Counted from the whole stretch's first letter, positions 1 through 12,837 are shown. The stretch: 63,983 nucleotides of DNA, filler included, from Gonapodya sp. JEL0774 (GCA_027604505.1; 11 parts of 11 records of this genome joined end to end with filler, not necessarily neighbours in it), one strand, 5' to 3'. Numbers and translations: made by a program. Notes: generated by a model from the sequence alone, not told the origin.

Positions 1-1574
1 TTTAGGTTTGACTAGTAGCGCTTCTGTTCCAGGTAGGAACGTCAGCGCTTTGTATTTGTCTGTCTCTACACTATACATTTCTGTTCCAGATTTTCTCTGA
101 CTACAGGACGTGACCTCTTCTGGGTCACATGTGAAGCCTCAAATTGAGACATATTATTACACATTATCTTGTTAATCACTTGCAGTTGTCTTGGTGCTAC
201 AAGGAACTCTGTGAGCAGAATTACATTGGTAGCTCATGGTGTTCATTCTGCGATCATGAATTACAGAGTAATTCCATAATGCAGATCACAGCCTTAATAT
301 GGAACCTATTTACTGGCTGGTTTTAGCTTGTACATCCTTGGGTGATCTTTTGGTCCATGTGAACTTGTGGAGGACAGTTTGACTTTCCTTCCTGCACAGG
401 TTAAACAAAGATAATTATAAAGTTTGGATTCTATGCATATAATATAGAGGTCTGTCAAGCTCATGATTAGAATACAAGAAGACACATCTGTTCACGAATA
501 TGCTTTTGACAATATGGTACAGAGAGATTCATCTGACATTATCTTTTCACACATCCTCACTCAGACAGACAGACAGTAATGGAAAGGAGTACTTATTGTT
601 GCTTAATGTGTCAGTTGCATCTTGACCAAATTCCACAGAGCACTTACTCTAGCATTTTTTGACAATGTCAGTACACTTTACCATCTAGTTGCTACACTGT
701 GATCCATGCTGCTTGCATCATGTTCGGTGACTTATAGTAAGGATGTGGGGTTCTGTTCTGTTTGTGACACACATCCATTCTTGCAACAACAACAACAGCT
801 GCAGAGGATGGAGTCACTGCATTCTGCCTCCAACATACAGGATATCACTTGTTACTTATCACTCACTGAGCATTTTCTGTGGTTTCATACCTCCAAGCCT
901 GTGTTACAGCTGCTTGCACAAAGGTTGACCTGAGGTGCACAAATTTGAAGAGGAGCCCAGAAACCACACCCACGCTTTCTCAACAATCAGCCCATGAAAA
1001 ACCATCTTGAAAACAAGGAAGTCTGGAGAATTCATTTCTCCAGATCTTAGCCTGTTCACAGGTCCAGGGAATGACTGTTTCCACCTTGCTGGAATCTGTT
1101 GAATCATTCCCCTCCATCCCCACATCCTTGTGCAAAAACCTCCATTCGCTACCCATACAATCAATCAAGTGTTCAAAGGGGCTCTAGAGCAATGTTATGA
1201 ATGTGAAAGTGGCAGAATGGGACTCTCAAGCCCGATTTCTGCAATTCCGGGTGTATTACTGGGTGGACCGGGTTGTACTGGAAAGCATTCTCAAGCATTG
1301 ATTGGGGCCAGTGACTTGGTTCAAGACCAAGATCACAATTATTGGGAGCGCAAGGCGGGAGATTTTTGAAGTGCGCTGATAGGGTGCACAGACCCGGGGA
1401 AAATATGGAGAAATCATGTCTCCAGTAAGTGTCCTCCTTTCATTTTTAATGCACGGTTGGGGTGGAGAACACATTAATATTGTATTTCAGCAGTCTGCTT
1501 CAAGTTTGTGCTGCTTGGGTCAATCTTTTTGCAAGCAGCTGTGAAGCAAATGCAACAGAGCTCAATTTTTAAGT

Positions 1575-1625
1575 GGATATTTGCCTTCCAAGCAAAAGGT
1601 TCGGGTTCGATTCCCGATTGGCGCA
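1575..1625 (+). pseudogene. tRNA-Gly(TCC) fragment, 3' two-thirds only
   Basis: Anticodon arm TTTGC-CTTCCAA-GCAAA (1580-1596), T arm TCGGG-TTCGATT-CCCGA (1601-1617), acceptor 3' strand TTGGCGC plus discriminator A. No complementary GCGCCAA 5' strand or D-stem 5' strand upstream. Confidence 0.8.
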
Positions 1626-4600
1626 ACCAACAAAGGGGAGTGGTCTCCACATCCAAAGCCAAATTTTTGATAATTTTGTGTCCATCTTCACTACCTTGGT
1701 GCAGGGAAGTTGATATCATTGATGATTGCTGATGTGTATATTGTCTAAATACTGCTCAATTTAGCAATTCCCATGTGACAGACAATAGACATACATGCAG
1801 CACAGCAGAAACTCACCTGCATGAATGAACACATTTTGTTCTTCCTTTGTGGCCATGACACTGTGACCACTCACTCAGCTTTGGGTGCTCAAAAATTCTT
1901 TATGTGCAAGTATACTGGGTACATCAAATGCACTCATGGTCCAGATTCCTATCCATGAAGCATCAAAAAGTGTCTGACCAGAACCCACATCTGCAGTAGC
2001 TTTATTACATCACCTGTCACCATCACAAAGTGATCAGTTTGTGTGGGATTGAACAATTCTCAGAAGAGCACCATTCTCACAAGTCAAAGCATTTCCTAGT
2101 GGTCCAACTTCTGGACCCACCAACTGCAGAATAATTATGGTGGGTCATATTGTGACAACCATGGAGATACATGATCATGCAACAACTAGAAGTACTGAAT
2201 GTTGAATGACCTGTACTCAGAGGCTATATCACTGGTGGTGGTTATAAGACCCGTCGACAGAGCATCAAACAAGTTCCATGTGTCAGGTTTGGAAGGATAA
2301 ACAGAGGTTCCTCAATCCATAGAGAACATAATTGATGACACGACACCCTCCAAAATGAAAATTGGTTTTCTCACTTTGTAAAGGCGGTCCCCTTGATCAA
2401 TTTTGTAATCTGAGTCGTCTCAGTCACTGTGTTTTCTTTTTTTGGGGTTTTTTTGGTTTTTACCCTGATGCCCTTATGCATCGCTAATATCCTGGTGACC
2501 CATTCACTAGTTGCTTTCAATTATAACTGCAGACATGCATTCTCACATGTGTGTAACATATTTAATTGTGTTGAGTTATCAAACACCAATACTCATCTAA
2601 GGACAGTGGTCTGTGAATAATCTAATCTGTCCTGTGTATGTACCAAGCGTGCGCAGTTTTGGACCCATTGGAAACAGTCATCCATTCGTGCATTGCAAGC
2701 TGTTTTGCACATCTGTGAGCACAAAGCTCCTGGTTTTTACATAGTTTTCCTTACATAATTGGTAATTCTGGTTTTTGGAAGTCAACATTGTTACATATTG
2801 CATATTTTGACCCATTGTACAGTCACAGATTTGGAAGTTCTAAGTATTAACTGGTTCCCTGCATGCCCACACTCCAGTGTGGGCTCAACCACATCACTTA
2901 CTTGGGAATTAGTTCCGGACAGACTAGCTGTTGCAGACCCATACATAATAGAGCAAGAATAGTCTATTTTAATCTATTTGGTTGACAATGGTGCTCTGAT
3001 GACGCTCCAATGTGGACATAATATGTACTTGGCGTGGTTAATTCCAAATGGTCTGGCATCTCATCAGCATGTGAAATGTCTGTACTTTACCTCAATATAA
3101 ACAAACACGCACTGCGTACATTGTACAAGCAGAGTGAGTTTGTTTTTTTGATGTGCGAAATGTGTGCATTTTATACCATTTGTGGTGCGTCGCCATCAAC
3201 CACTGCTTGCATATTTGGATATGGAGACTGACAAACTGAAAGTATTCTTGTATGTTGTGTTTCACCCGTCACAAAGATAAACTAAGTATGAGTGATAGCT
3301 ATCGGTTCGTCCAGTTGAAGATGTTGTTGTGAATTGTTCTCTCAAGTGGTCAGCTGTGAATAAGAACAATCACAACTGCCAAAACCCACTCACTGGCATC
3401 TCCTCCCACGCAACTTGTCTGCTTAGTGCAGATGGTGTCAGTAACAGAGCGCTTGACTTCGCTTTGTTTGTCTTGCGCTGTGCAAAGTTTCCTGTATTTC
3501 GAAAGAGCACATTCGGCCACGAAGAAAACCGCGGCAAAGGGGGAATTGTCTGGGATGTTCAACATCCGGTTGAGACATATAGTGACCTCAATTGTGGGAA
3601 CATACCACAAGCGATTCTGCGTTTTCCAATCACCTGGCATTTGGAAATGACACAGATGTTCGTCAGGACCAGAGGAACCCACACATGTGCCTGGCACCTT
3701 CCCTGATTTATTTTTGTGTTCAAATAGACCTTTCATGTAGCCTCAATAATTTTTAGAGCATTCCGTTTGGAATTGCGGTGTTGGGATCAGGAAATAGGTG
3801 TCCCACTACATGCGGGTTTGATACGAATCACAATCCCCAACCTTCAAAAACAGTCAAGCAAGTTCCAATTAGTAAGCTACTGGAATAGTCTACTTTGGAA
3901 TTACAAAAAGAACAAAAGTCCCAGGTGGTTGGTAGAATTCATGGACAGGTTTGAAAATACGCTGTTAATGAGAATTAAGATGCACACAGCTGACAGCACA
4001 GCAGTACAGCACAATGAATCTGGGTCAGTGGATACAGGTATTTTGCTTGTTGCTTGGTGACCAAACATAATTCAGTGTTCACTGACCACTAGATCATATG
4101 CAAGGGTTTGCCAAGGTCTCATCAAGTACAGCAGCACGGCACCCATGATACTCCATCAAATCATCTGTTGCATCACCATGACAGTTCTGTGAGTCCAGCT
4201 TGTACTCCCTATGTATTCCTAGATTTCTTTTGTATAGATATCTAGCACGTGTAGCTATATACTAGACTGTGGTTGCAGGTCAATCCCCGTATGTCACTGC
4301 TGCAGTGTTGCACAACACATCACAGTTCCTTCAACACCATGATGTCACAGAACAGAACTCACACAAGTCACTATATCACATCTCTTTCACAAAGTGATCA
4401 TCACCAGTTGTCTGTCTGACAGTGAGCATGTGATCAACCCCACATTATAAAGCACCATGCACTTGCAATTTGTGATCCATCTCCTTGTCCCAGTTCCAAT
4501 CTTCTCCCTCCTACTATGGATGTAGCTTTGCAGATTGAGGAAACCAATTAGTGTTTACACGTCTGTACAGTCTCTCAAATCTACTATGTACAGAGCTTAC

Positions 4601-4778
4601 ATACACCTTGAGGGCTTCAAAGTTCAGTCCCTTTTGGAGAGTACCCTGGTCCTATAGCTATCAGTAATACTCACAGAATATATAATTCATAGATTAATAT
4701 CAATCACAATTCACAGACATGCAACACTGATACATTTAACGACCACTTCCCTCTAAATATTAATCACACACACCACCA

Positions 4779-5786
4779 TCATTCGTAATCATCCAAAGCC
4801 GCCATCATCGGTGTGTGTTCACTGACGTACTGCAAATGATCCGCACGGCTACCATCCCGAGGTGGTGCAGCTGTGAACTCGTCCACTCGACCATCTCTCC
4901 CTACATCCGACAAACGAGGTTTTGCACTCTCGCTGACACCATAATGCGGCGTATCCGACACTTCGTGGGGTGGTTTGATCGAGCCAAACGACCAGAATAG
5001 CATCAGATCTGAAGGGATACGGAGCGGTAAGTGACGAGTGATAAACTCAAAGGAGCCTCTCCACCTACGCCAACAGAAGATGGCGGCAACTACCACTCAC
5101 TGTAGAGGATCCCCAGCACTCCGCTCATCCAAAACGCGACGTCAAAGTGCCCATTCGCACTGAGGTACCCGGTGACACTCGGTGCGATTGATCGAGAGAC
5201 TGACCGTGCAACGCTCACGATTCCAAAAATGGCTGTGCGTGAGTGTGGTGGGACAATCGATGTGATGTAAGCTGCACGTGGAGCGTCGTCCTTTTGACGG
5301 ACGGGAGTTGATGAGGTGATGGATTTGTAAGCTAGTGGCGCATAATGGAGAAAACTGCAAGGCGACAATTACCATTTCCGAGATTGCCGATCGAACAAAG
5401 AGGAGGGAAGTGGTTGCCGCAAGGTTGGGAACTGTGAAAGGAAGCAAACCGACCATGGCACTCGACGGCATGTCCGTAAACACCACTGCATCACGTTGGG
5501 GCGCTCGATTAGAGCCAAGCCAAGTAAAGGAGAGGCAAGGCACACAATAAAACGAATACCTACATGTACGAATCAACCCATATCGAGAAGCAAAGTGCGG
5601 CGCGAGGAGGGAACTGAACCCGGCAAGCACCTGCGCAGCGCCCATGATAGGACCGAGCGTACCCACATCGAGCTGATACTTTTGATGGAACCACAGTGCG
5701 AGAAGAGATCCATAGACAAGGGCGCTTGCAAAGGCGTGGAGTCCGAACAAGAGACAGAGAGCGAGAATCCGCATGCGAAGCTCGGG
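4779..5786 (-). CDS. MFS transporter, multi-exon, 5'-truncated at scaffold end
   Basis: Hydrophobic exons LALCLLFGLHAFAS...LAPHFASRYGLIRT, VVFTDMPSSAM...LLFVRSAISEM, APRAAYITSIVPPHSRTAIFGIVSVARS and DLMLFWSFGSIKPPHE, separated by GT..AG introns. Typical MFS C-terminal half. Confidence 0.8.
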
Positions 5787-5886
5787 NNNNNNNNNNNNNN
5801 NNNNNNNNNNNNNNNNNNNNNNNNNNNNNNTTAATTAATTAANNNNNNNNNNNNNNNNNNNNNNNNNNNNNNNNNNNNNNNNNNNN
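5787..5886. other. Artificial scaffold spacer
   Basis: N44-TTAATTAATTAA-N44 (stop codons in all six frames). Confidence 0.98.
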
Positions 5887-6544
5887 AGGCGGCTTCCAGA
5901 TGTCAGAGTCTCACCTTCGCAACATTCCCCAGTACTACGGATACACGTTTCTCCCGCATAGCAGTAATAGTCGATCCTTGTGGTTACCAAACACTGCAGC
6001 GTGGGGGTACAGAAAGAAACGGATGAATTGGTTGTTGTTGCACGTGCCGTCATCACAGCCTCCCACGAGAAGCCAGTAACAATATAGCGAGTACTTACGC
6101 AAAAATCTCCGCCGTAGAGGCAGTGTGACCCACACGAGTTGGATCCTGACGGGCAAATGGCTCTTCTATCCAGGCTGACGGCTTCGATTCCTCTGGAGGT
6201 GGGGTAAACCCAGTTGCCTAGTTGAGTTGATCGTCATTGAGAATGATGAGGATTAGAGTAAGATTGAGAAGAGGGGGGGAAACGACAGTTTAACCCACCT
6301 TCAGCTGTTCCGTTGGACTGTCGTTTCTCGACTGATGACACAAGTCCGAGGGCCCGACGAATCCGAGCAGTGGTATCGCGATACGAAACACAACGGGTTT
6401 AAGACCTGATCAGTACCGTTACGAGTTGTTGAAATGCAAACTGCGCTCACCGTTTTGGAAGCCGGAGGCCTGTCCCTGAACGACGATCAAGAACAAACAC
6501 AAGGCCACTAGGCAGGCCGGCGCGATGTTGATCCGTACTCGCAT
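5887..6544 (-). CDS. Secreted cysteine-rich protein with signal peptide and dibasic (Kex2-type) sites, 3'-truncated
   Basis: Hand-spliced exons 6544-6451, 6331-6299, 6217-6099 and 5993-5915 have GT..AG borders and consistent phases. They give MRVRINIAPACLVALCLFLIVVQGQASGFQNVEKRQSNGTAEGNWVYPTSRGIEAVSLDRRAICPSGSNSCGSHCLYGGDFCCLVTTRIDYYCYAGETCIRSTGECCE. Confidence 0.7.
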
Positions 6545-8592
6545 GATTAATTCTGGAATGAACAGACGACCAGCGACGATGATTGAACGACACAACTCTC
6601 GGATCTTTTAAGAACTCGCCGACCTGTGGGCAGTCGCTGTGGCCAAGGACGTGGCGGTGCTCGCGCGACTCAGGAGACTTAGGGCCGAACATTTGATCCG
6701 GACTCGGAAATGAAGGGTCCAAACACGTGATGACTCGATGAATGGCCACAGTTTGTTGAATATTTAATTTGAAATGCACTCCACATTGTGCTCCATTGTA
6801 TTTGTCTCGTAGCGCTTCGCCCTGCATATTGATTTCCTCAATCCGATGGGCCACCTGACGTTTGGACTGACATATGTCTGATCGCTTTCGGCAGCAGTCT
6901 TGAAAAGTTTATCAACACTCGCACAATGAGGAATTCGTGGAGCTACTGTAATTTTCTGGCGTGATGATGATAATCTGAGGGTGTGTAGCAGATGATCGCA
7001 CATTCCGATTCGGCGAATTGCAGTTTATCCGCTTCCTTATTATTTTTGCTCGTCATAATCATCAGAGTTTGTGCTGATGGTGCAGTTTTGAATGTATTGA
7101 TGAGGGATCATCGCGTCATGGCACTCATCATCTGTTACCCATCACAGCATCCGTATGCTGAATCTATTTGCTCTCACCTCAGATTCCTGCCCAAACAACT
7201 CGTCCTGATTCTAAGTATGATTGGTATGACGGCTTCCACTAGTGGAGAAAGAGTACGAGAACGGTCAAGAAGATATAGCAATGCGTGGTTGTTCTGTCTA
7301 CATTGGTTCGACACTCACCCAGAATCTGAATGAGAGTATCCAGAGAGGAGCAGGCCAGGCCAGAGGAGATCGGTAACATTATTTCCAGTCCATTGTTTTG
7401 TCTCGCACTACCCAGCATCCCGCCTCCCATGAGATTCCATCCACCTGATCTCTCACCATTGTTTTGTTCGACTGATGAGCACCTCTTCATGCATCCGCTC
7501 TCTGAATACCAATGCCGGCCGCGCAGTGACCAACCTTCCGGGTCATCCACGCGCATGGCATCAAAAGTCAGTCCACCTGTCCGTAGTGCGCGACTCCAGG
7601 TTGGATAACCGTCACCAATCTGTGTTTTCATTCGCATCTCGTCAGTCACCCGATGTCAACTGTCCCTCACTCGATGTCTTCCGTGAGCACAGTTGTACAC
7701 TACAACCGGAGCACAGAAAGAAGACACAACATTTGAGTGGGGCCGGCCAGGTATTGCCGCGTGCGTGAGTCGAGGGTCGTTCAGAAGCTTCCCGGACTTC
7801 CACCTCGTGCATCTCGCCTTGCCCAGCTCTACCGGTCCCCACTGGACAGTCTTTGCTACGAGACTGCGACGCACATCCCATTGCCGATGGATTCCTCGTA
7901 AATCAAGTTTCCCCCTAGTTGAATCCTCAGCAGTGAAAAGTTAGTACCACATTCTTTCGCGATACGTTGCCCACCACTCGACCTGGACAAGCTTTGAAGT
8001 TGTCCAGTGTTACGATCATGCGTGGAGTCGGTGGTGAAGGTGGAGAGGTCGGGGAGATTCGGGCTTGGAGCTGTTCAAAAAGGCGTTAAAGGAATTCAGT
8101 GACTCATTGGCTCACACTGAACGGAGGAATTTGAGATGTCGGTTCAGGAGGGGGTTTGTGTGGGTGGGGTGCAAAGGCGCAATCTAGCCATTGCAACCGT
8201 AGAGGACGAGGTCATCGGAATCTCCAAACATTTCGACACATGCATTTCAAGCAGGACTGGGAAGGCTGCGTCATCATCAAATCATCGTAAAGTTCTGTCT
8301 TCACGTTTCTGCGTCCAAACGATCAAGTTAGCATTCGCTCTTACATCTATTCACTATGTAATATTTTGATCTGAAACCACTCCAGCCGCGAGAAAGAGAA
8401 CTTTCTGGCGGCAATTTCAGCCTATACCAGTGCGTAACAATTTCATTTGTGGAATCTGCGGTGTAGAAGAAACACCCAATGTTCCGATCGGCAGCATTCG
8501 GTTCCAAAACACAACACCACCGCCATCTTCAGCATCGACAAGCTCCAACCGCACTCGCAACGTCGTATTCGCTCTCCTCTCACAGTGGTATT

Positions 8593-9918
8593 ATGGCCTC
8601 AACCCCATCGGCAAACCCTGTCGAGCTGCGACCAACGTCACGATTTTGGGGCGGAATCGCTCCCGTGAGGGTCACTGGAACTGGCATCAAGTCTGTGCCA
8701 GATTATTCTTCTGGATCATCGTCGATTCCGCGGTACCCCCATGGTGTTGACGTTTCGGAAACTAGTGAACGTGACCAACCTCTGCTTCTGGGCTCTCGCC
8801 CACTTTCCACCCGCGTGCAACCAGGACCGAAGAGATTCAGATCCGCGATAGGAGATAGGTCGGAGGAGCCGAAGACTGCTCAGGCAGATGGGGTTGCGAG
8901 CAACGAAGAAATCAGTTCTTCATTTACACCAGACTATGACGAGTCTACCTGGTATTCTCGACTCGAACACGCAAAGCTGACTCTCGACAGCATACGGAAC
9001 TCACTTGATCGAATCCGCGGCGATAACCCCTCAGCTCACACCTTCCGCTTGGTTGCAACCACGAGCAGTACATGGCCACTTCTGCACCCCGAATCCACCT
9101 CATCTCCTTCGACGACTCATATCGTAGTGCTCGACTCTTCGTTCAACCCACCAACTCTTGCTCATGCTCGCCTCGTCGAACTTTCTCATCGTGCTTTCCC
9201 TGCGGTCAATCCGGCAACCTCTTTCCTCGTTCTTCTCGCTACAACCAACATGGACAAGCAAATATCAGGTGCACCGCTTGCTGACAGGGTTGCTATGATG
9301 GAAAGGATTGCCGAGAGATTGGTTGAGGCGGGCGTCGGGAATGTCGGTGTAGGGTGCACCTCCGCGGGGCGATTCCTTGAAAAGTCCTCGACGCTACTTC
9401 AACACCTCCAAGCCCAACATCCAGAGAGTGAAGTACGACTTCACTTTATCCTCGGATGGGATACACTAGTGCGCTTCTTTGATGAAAAGTACTATCCGGG
9501 AGGAGTGGAAGGAGGCGAAATGGTGCGCGGGATGGACACTTTCTTCGCTGAGAGTCGACTCATCATAGCAGATAGGCCTCACACGGTCTTGGGTACGATA
9601 GGAAAGAACCAAGGGGGCTTGCAGGATGCGTTGATCTTGTACGCCAACAGTCTCGCAGAGCCCCTCCGAAAGTACTTTGACCCGAGTCTGGGATGGGTTC
9701 GCATGCTACCCGGCTGGGAGGATGAACGCTCTCCATTAGACAAAGAAGGACATGGGCGGACGTGGCGTTATGTGGATATGTCGTCAACGAGGGTACGGGA
9801 CTTGATCGCCAAGGATGCTGTCGGGCAATGTACAGCGGAACAAACGGAAGAACTGATGGCCTGTGTAGATGAGGGTGTGTGGAAGTGGGCAACGGATCGT
9901 GCGTTCTATTCATCGTAA
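8593..9918 (+). CDS. Pof1-like nucleotidyltransferase (NMNAT/cytidylyltransferase fold)
   Basis: Intronless ORF with IVVLDSSFNPPTLAH (HxGH-equivalent), LLATTNMDK, FLEKS, FILGWDTLVRFFDEKYY and MSSTRVR. First ATG at 8593. Confidence 0.85.
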   Translation: MASTPSANPVELRPTSRFWGGIAPVRVTGTGIKSVPDYSSGSSSIPRYPHGVDVSETSERDQPLLLGSRPLSTRVQPGPKRFRSAIGDRSEEPKTAQADGVASNEEISSSFTPDYDESTWYSRLEHAKLTLDSIRNSLDRIRGDNPSAHTFRLVATTSSTWPLLHPESTSSPSTTHIVVLDSSFNPPTLAHARLVELSHRAFPAVNPATSFLVLLATTNMDKQISGAPLADRVAMMERIAERLVEAGVGNVGVGCTSAGRFLEKSSTLLQHLQAQHPESEVRLHFILGWDTLVRFFDEKYYPGGVEGGEMVRGMDTFFAESRLIIADRPHTVLGTIGKNQGGLQDALILYANSLAEPLRKYFDPSLGWVRMLPGWEDERSPLDKEGHGRTWRYVDMSSTRVRDLIAKDAVGQCTAEQTEELMACVDEGVWKWATDRAFYSS

Positions 9919-10012
9919 CGGATCGGCTTCTAGTAGATGGTGTAGTGAAAATATTATTATATAATCCAGACCTCAATCTGATATCGGGAAGACTGTGAGA
10001 GCGACGCCACGT

Positions 10013-11665
10013 TCACGGTCCCATTTGGTTACCAACCACCTTCTTAGGCTGGTATCTTGTTCGTGAACAAAAGAGAAGTACGTCAAGCACCACCCACAAT
10101 ACATCGGGACGTGGTCTATTAAATGAGGCACAAAACTCACGGTTCTTCCAGGTAGGCGATCTCCTCAGATGTCAGTTTAATCTGTAGCGGCATTCATATG
10201 AATCGACTGGCGCATAAGGGGGGCTACGCGGATAAAGGACTACACTCACATCAATCGCTTTGACCAAATCAACAAGTTGCTCCTTCTTAGTGACCCCAAT
10301 GATGGGAGCGGTCATGAACGGCTTTGATAGCAGCCTGCCGATCGGAATGCCAGATTTCATGTTTCCAAGCGCGAATAACATACCGGCACGGTCTCGCGAA
10401 ACCCACCAAGCCACCGATATCTGAGCCATCTTCACATCCCTTTTCGTTGCGAGCTCTTCCACACGCTCAATTGTGATGTAGTCGGGAGAGCCGGGAACGT
10501 GTGCATTCGGGAACGCCTGCCAGCGAATTTCGTGCGTGTAAAAGCGAATTAGTTGTGGGTACACCATCTCTACATTATGAAGAACGGGAAAAGTCACCTT
10601 CTTGTTGATGTAGTTGTCGTTACTCGCTCTTGCGGTAGAACGGTTGCGAGCAGCCAAAAGACCACCGGCTTAGAAGTGTTTGGATAGAACGTGAGGAGAT
10701 CAGATACAGATCGCGCTCCGGACTGCAAAACCGCGGGGAATCCGCGCGTTAATGACTTACCCAAAGGAGACCAAGGACACATTCCAACACCCATATCTTT
10801 GAGTAGCGGGATCATTTCCCGCTCTTCTTCGCTGGAGCGGTGCCAAATCATCAGCATATTAAGTGGATGATGGGAATGCCCGCGAGGATTAGTTACCGAT
10901 AGAGGAGAGAGTAGAGGTTCTGCATACAGACAAATTGTGCCCATCCGTTACTTTTGGCGATGTAGTTTGCTTTCTGGAACTAATGAAGGGTACAGAAAAA
11001 TCGAACGTCAGATATTAGGAGTTATTATAGGGGCTCACGCAGGGTGCGGGGCACTTACCTGCCAGGTCCACATTGAGGAAGCACTTTTGAATCGGATCCA
11101 ATGCAATATCATAGCTGTAAACACATACAGGATGTGAAACCGCACAATTACGCTTACTACTCACGCCAGGTATCGCACTTTTCCCGAGCGCACCAAATCA
11201 TTCAACGCCTCCATCGTCTCTTCGAGGGGAGTTGTATAGTCGAACTGGTGTACGTAGTAAATATCCACATAAGTAGTGCCCAAGCGCTCCAGAGTGCCCT
11301 CTATGGAGGAGAGGATATGTGCGCGAGACAACCCCCAGGAGTTTTGGAACTCGGGATCGTGGTCAGAGGTGTACGCAGAGAGGTTGGGACCGGTCTGACA
11401 CACAAACAATGTAGCGAATATAAGAATATCGTTCTAATGAGCAAGCTTGTTTGAAACTCGCCTCGGGTTCCTTTTGGATTTCCGACTCGTCATAGGCAAA
11501 CCACACCTTTGACGCAATTACGACACGACTCCTCGGGATATTCTTGATCTTTATCCATTTACCGATTACTTTTTCGGTCTCTGTGTTGCAGTACTGTCGG
11601 GTGATGGAGATCCGTTCGGTGACACGTCAGTCGGATCATGCGAATCTGACAGCCAGGCGTCTGAC
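10013..11665 (-). CDS. Aldo-keto reductase (YajO/aryl-alcohol dehydrogenase-like), multi-exon, 5'-truncated
   Basis: [88 protein letters not shown]. Last exon [13 protein letters not shown]. Confidence 0.88.
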
Positions 11666-11765
11666 NNNNNNNNNNNNNNNNNNNNNNNNNNNNNNNNNNN
11701 NNNNNNNNNTTAATTAATTAANNNNNNNNNNNNNNNNNNNNNNNNNNNNNNNNNNNNNNNNNNNN
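11666..11765. other. Artificial scaffold spacer
   Basis: N44-TTAATTAATTAA-N44. Confidence 0.98.
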
Positions 11766-12398
11766 ATCGGCGTCGCTGGAGCCGGTGCCTCACTCGCTCT
11801 TTCACTTGGTTGTTCTACGGTCATCGACTACCGTACCAACTCCGTCGCCGACCAAATACGCGCCGCCATCACTGCGTCTGGTCACACTTTCACGGCCGCC
11901 TACGACGCCCACTCTGGCCCATCCGGAAGCTCTACCTCGTACGAGACTCTCGCTGCTGCCTTGCAACCCGCCGGTGGAAAGATCGCCACAGTATTGCCGT
12001 ACCCGCTTCCAGAGACCGAGGCCGCCAAACTCCCTGCCAACGTACCGACCATCAGCACTAACGTCGGATCGTCCTACTTCCCCACAGCCGTTGGTGGCGA
12101 TGGAGACTTTGGCGGGAGGTGGTTCCGTCAGATTGGTGTTTGGGTCGAAAAGGGGATCCTCAAGCCGAACGTCGTGGAGATTGTCCCTCGCGGGTTGGCT
12201 GGAGTTCCCGAAGGTTTGAAGAGGATGGAGGAAGGAAAAATCAGCGGTGTGAAACTAGTTTGTGAGTTCGGATTAGAACCGTGTGCGCGCATGAATAGTT
12301 TGTTAACCTTCACCTGCGCTTCTCATATTAATATCTGATCCAACGCTCCAACCAACCCTTTCCATATAGACCGGATCGCTGACACCCCCGCTCTTTAA
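11766..12398 (+). CDS. Enoyl-reductase-like MDR oxidoreductase, copy 1, 5'-truncated
   Basis: IGVAGAGASLALSLGCSTVIDYR...GGRWFRQIGVWVEKGILKPNVVEIVPRGLAGVPEGLKRMEEGKISGVKLV, then an intron, then RIADTPAL*. Clear paralog of the downstream gene. Confidence 0.85.
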
Positions 12399-12837
12399 GT
12401 TTGTCGAAGCTCGCACTGATTTAGGGGCCGCTTCGAGAACTATCTATGCGACGTAACACTGAATCGGGTAGTATACTCAGTTTGAAATAGAATGTGACTC
12501 TAGACATAAGAAGCAATATGCACTCGGACACTAAATGTGTAGCGGATTCTCGCTGACAGATACAGCTCGTGATACGTGACCAGCAGCTATCTCAGTGTGC
12601 GGCATGAGGAATGCAAGCTCGGGGTTCCGCGCTCGCGGATCAAACCTGGCGAGACGGTGGCTGGAGCGGAACCAGCATTGCCCGTTGAAATATGTCGCCA
12701 GAACTGATCTTTCGTCTGAATGATTTTCCGTGAAGAAATATTCGTCTTCGGTCAGAAGGTGCCGACTCATCCGACTGAAACCCATCGAAATTTGTAATAT
12801 CGCACCATCACCCCCCGCATCCGACGTCACCACACCA

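Noticed and set aside
144..4060. Short ORFs in scaffold 1 as genes
   Set aside because: No recognisable motifs, frequent stops and CpG-depleted composition; they look like decayed repeat DNA.
4185..4678. Solo LTR or MITE bounded by TTCTGTGAGT/ACTCACAGAA
   Set aside because: Only a 10-bp inverted match, with no target-site duplication and no second copy in the window.
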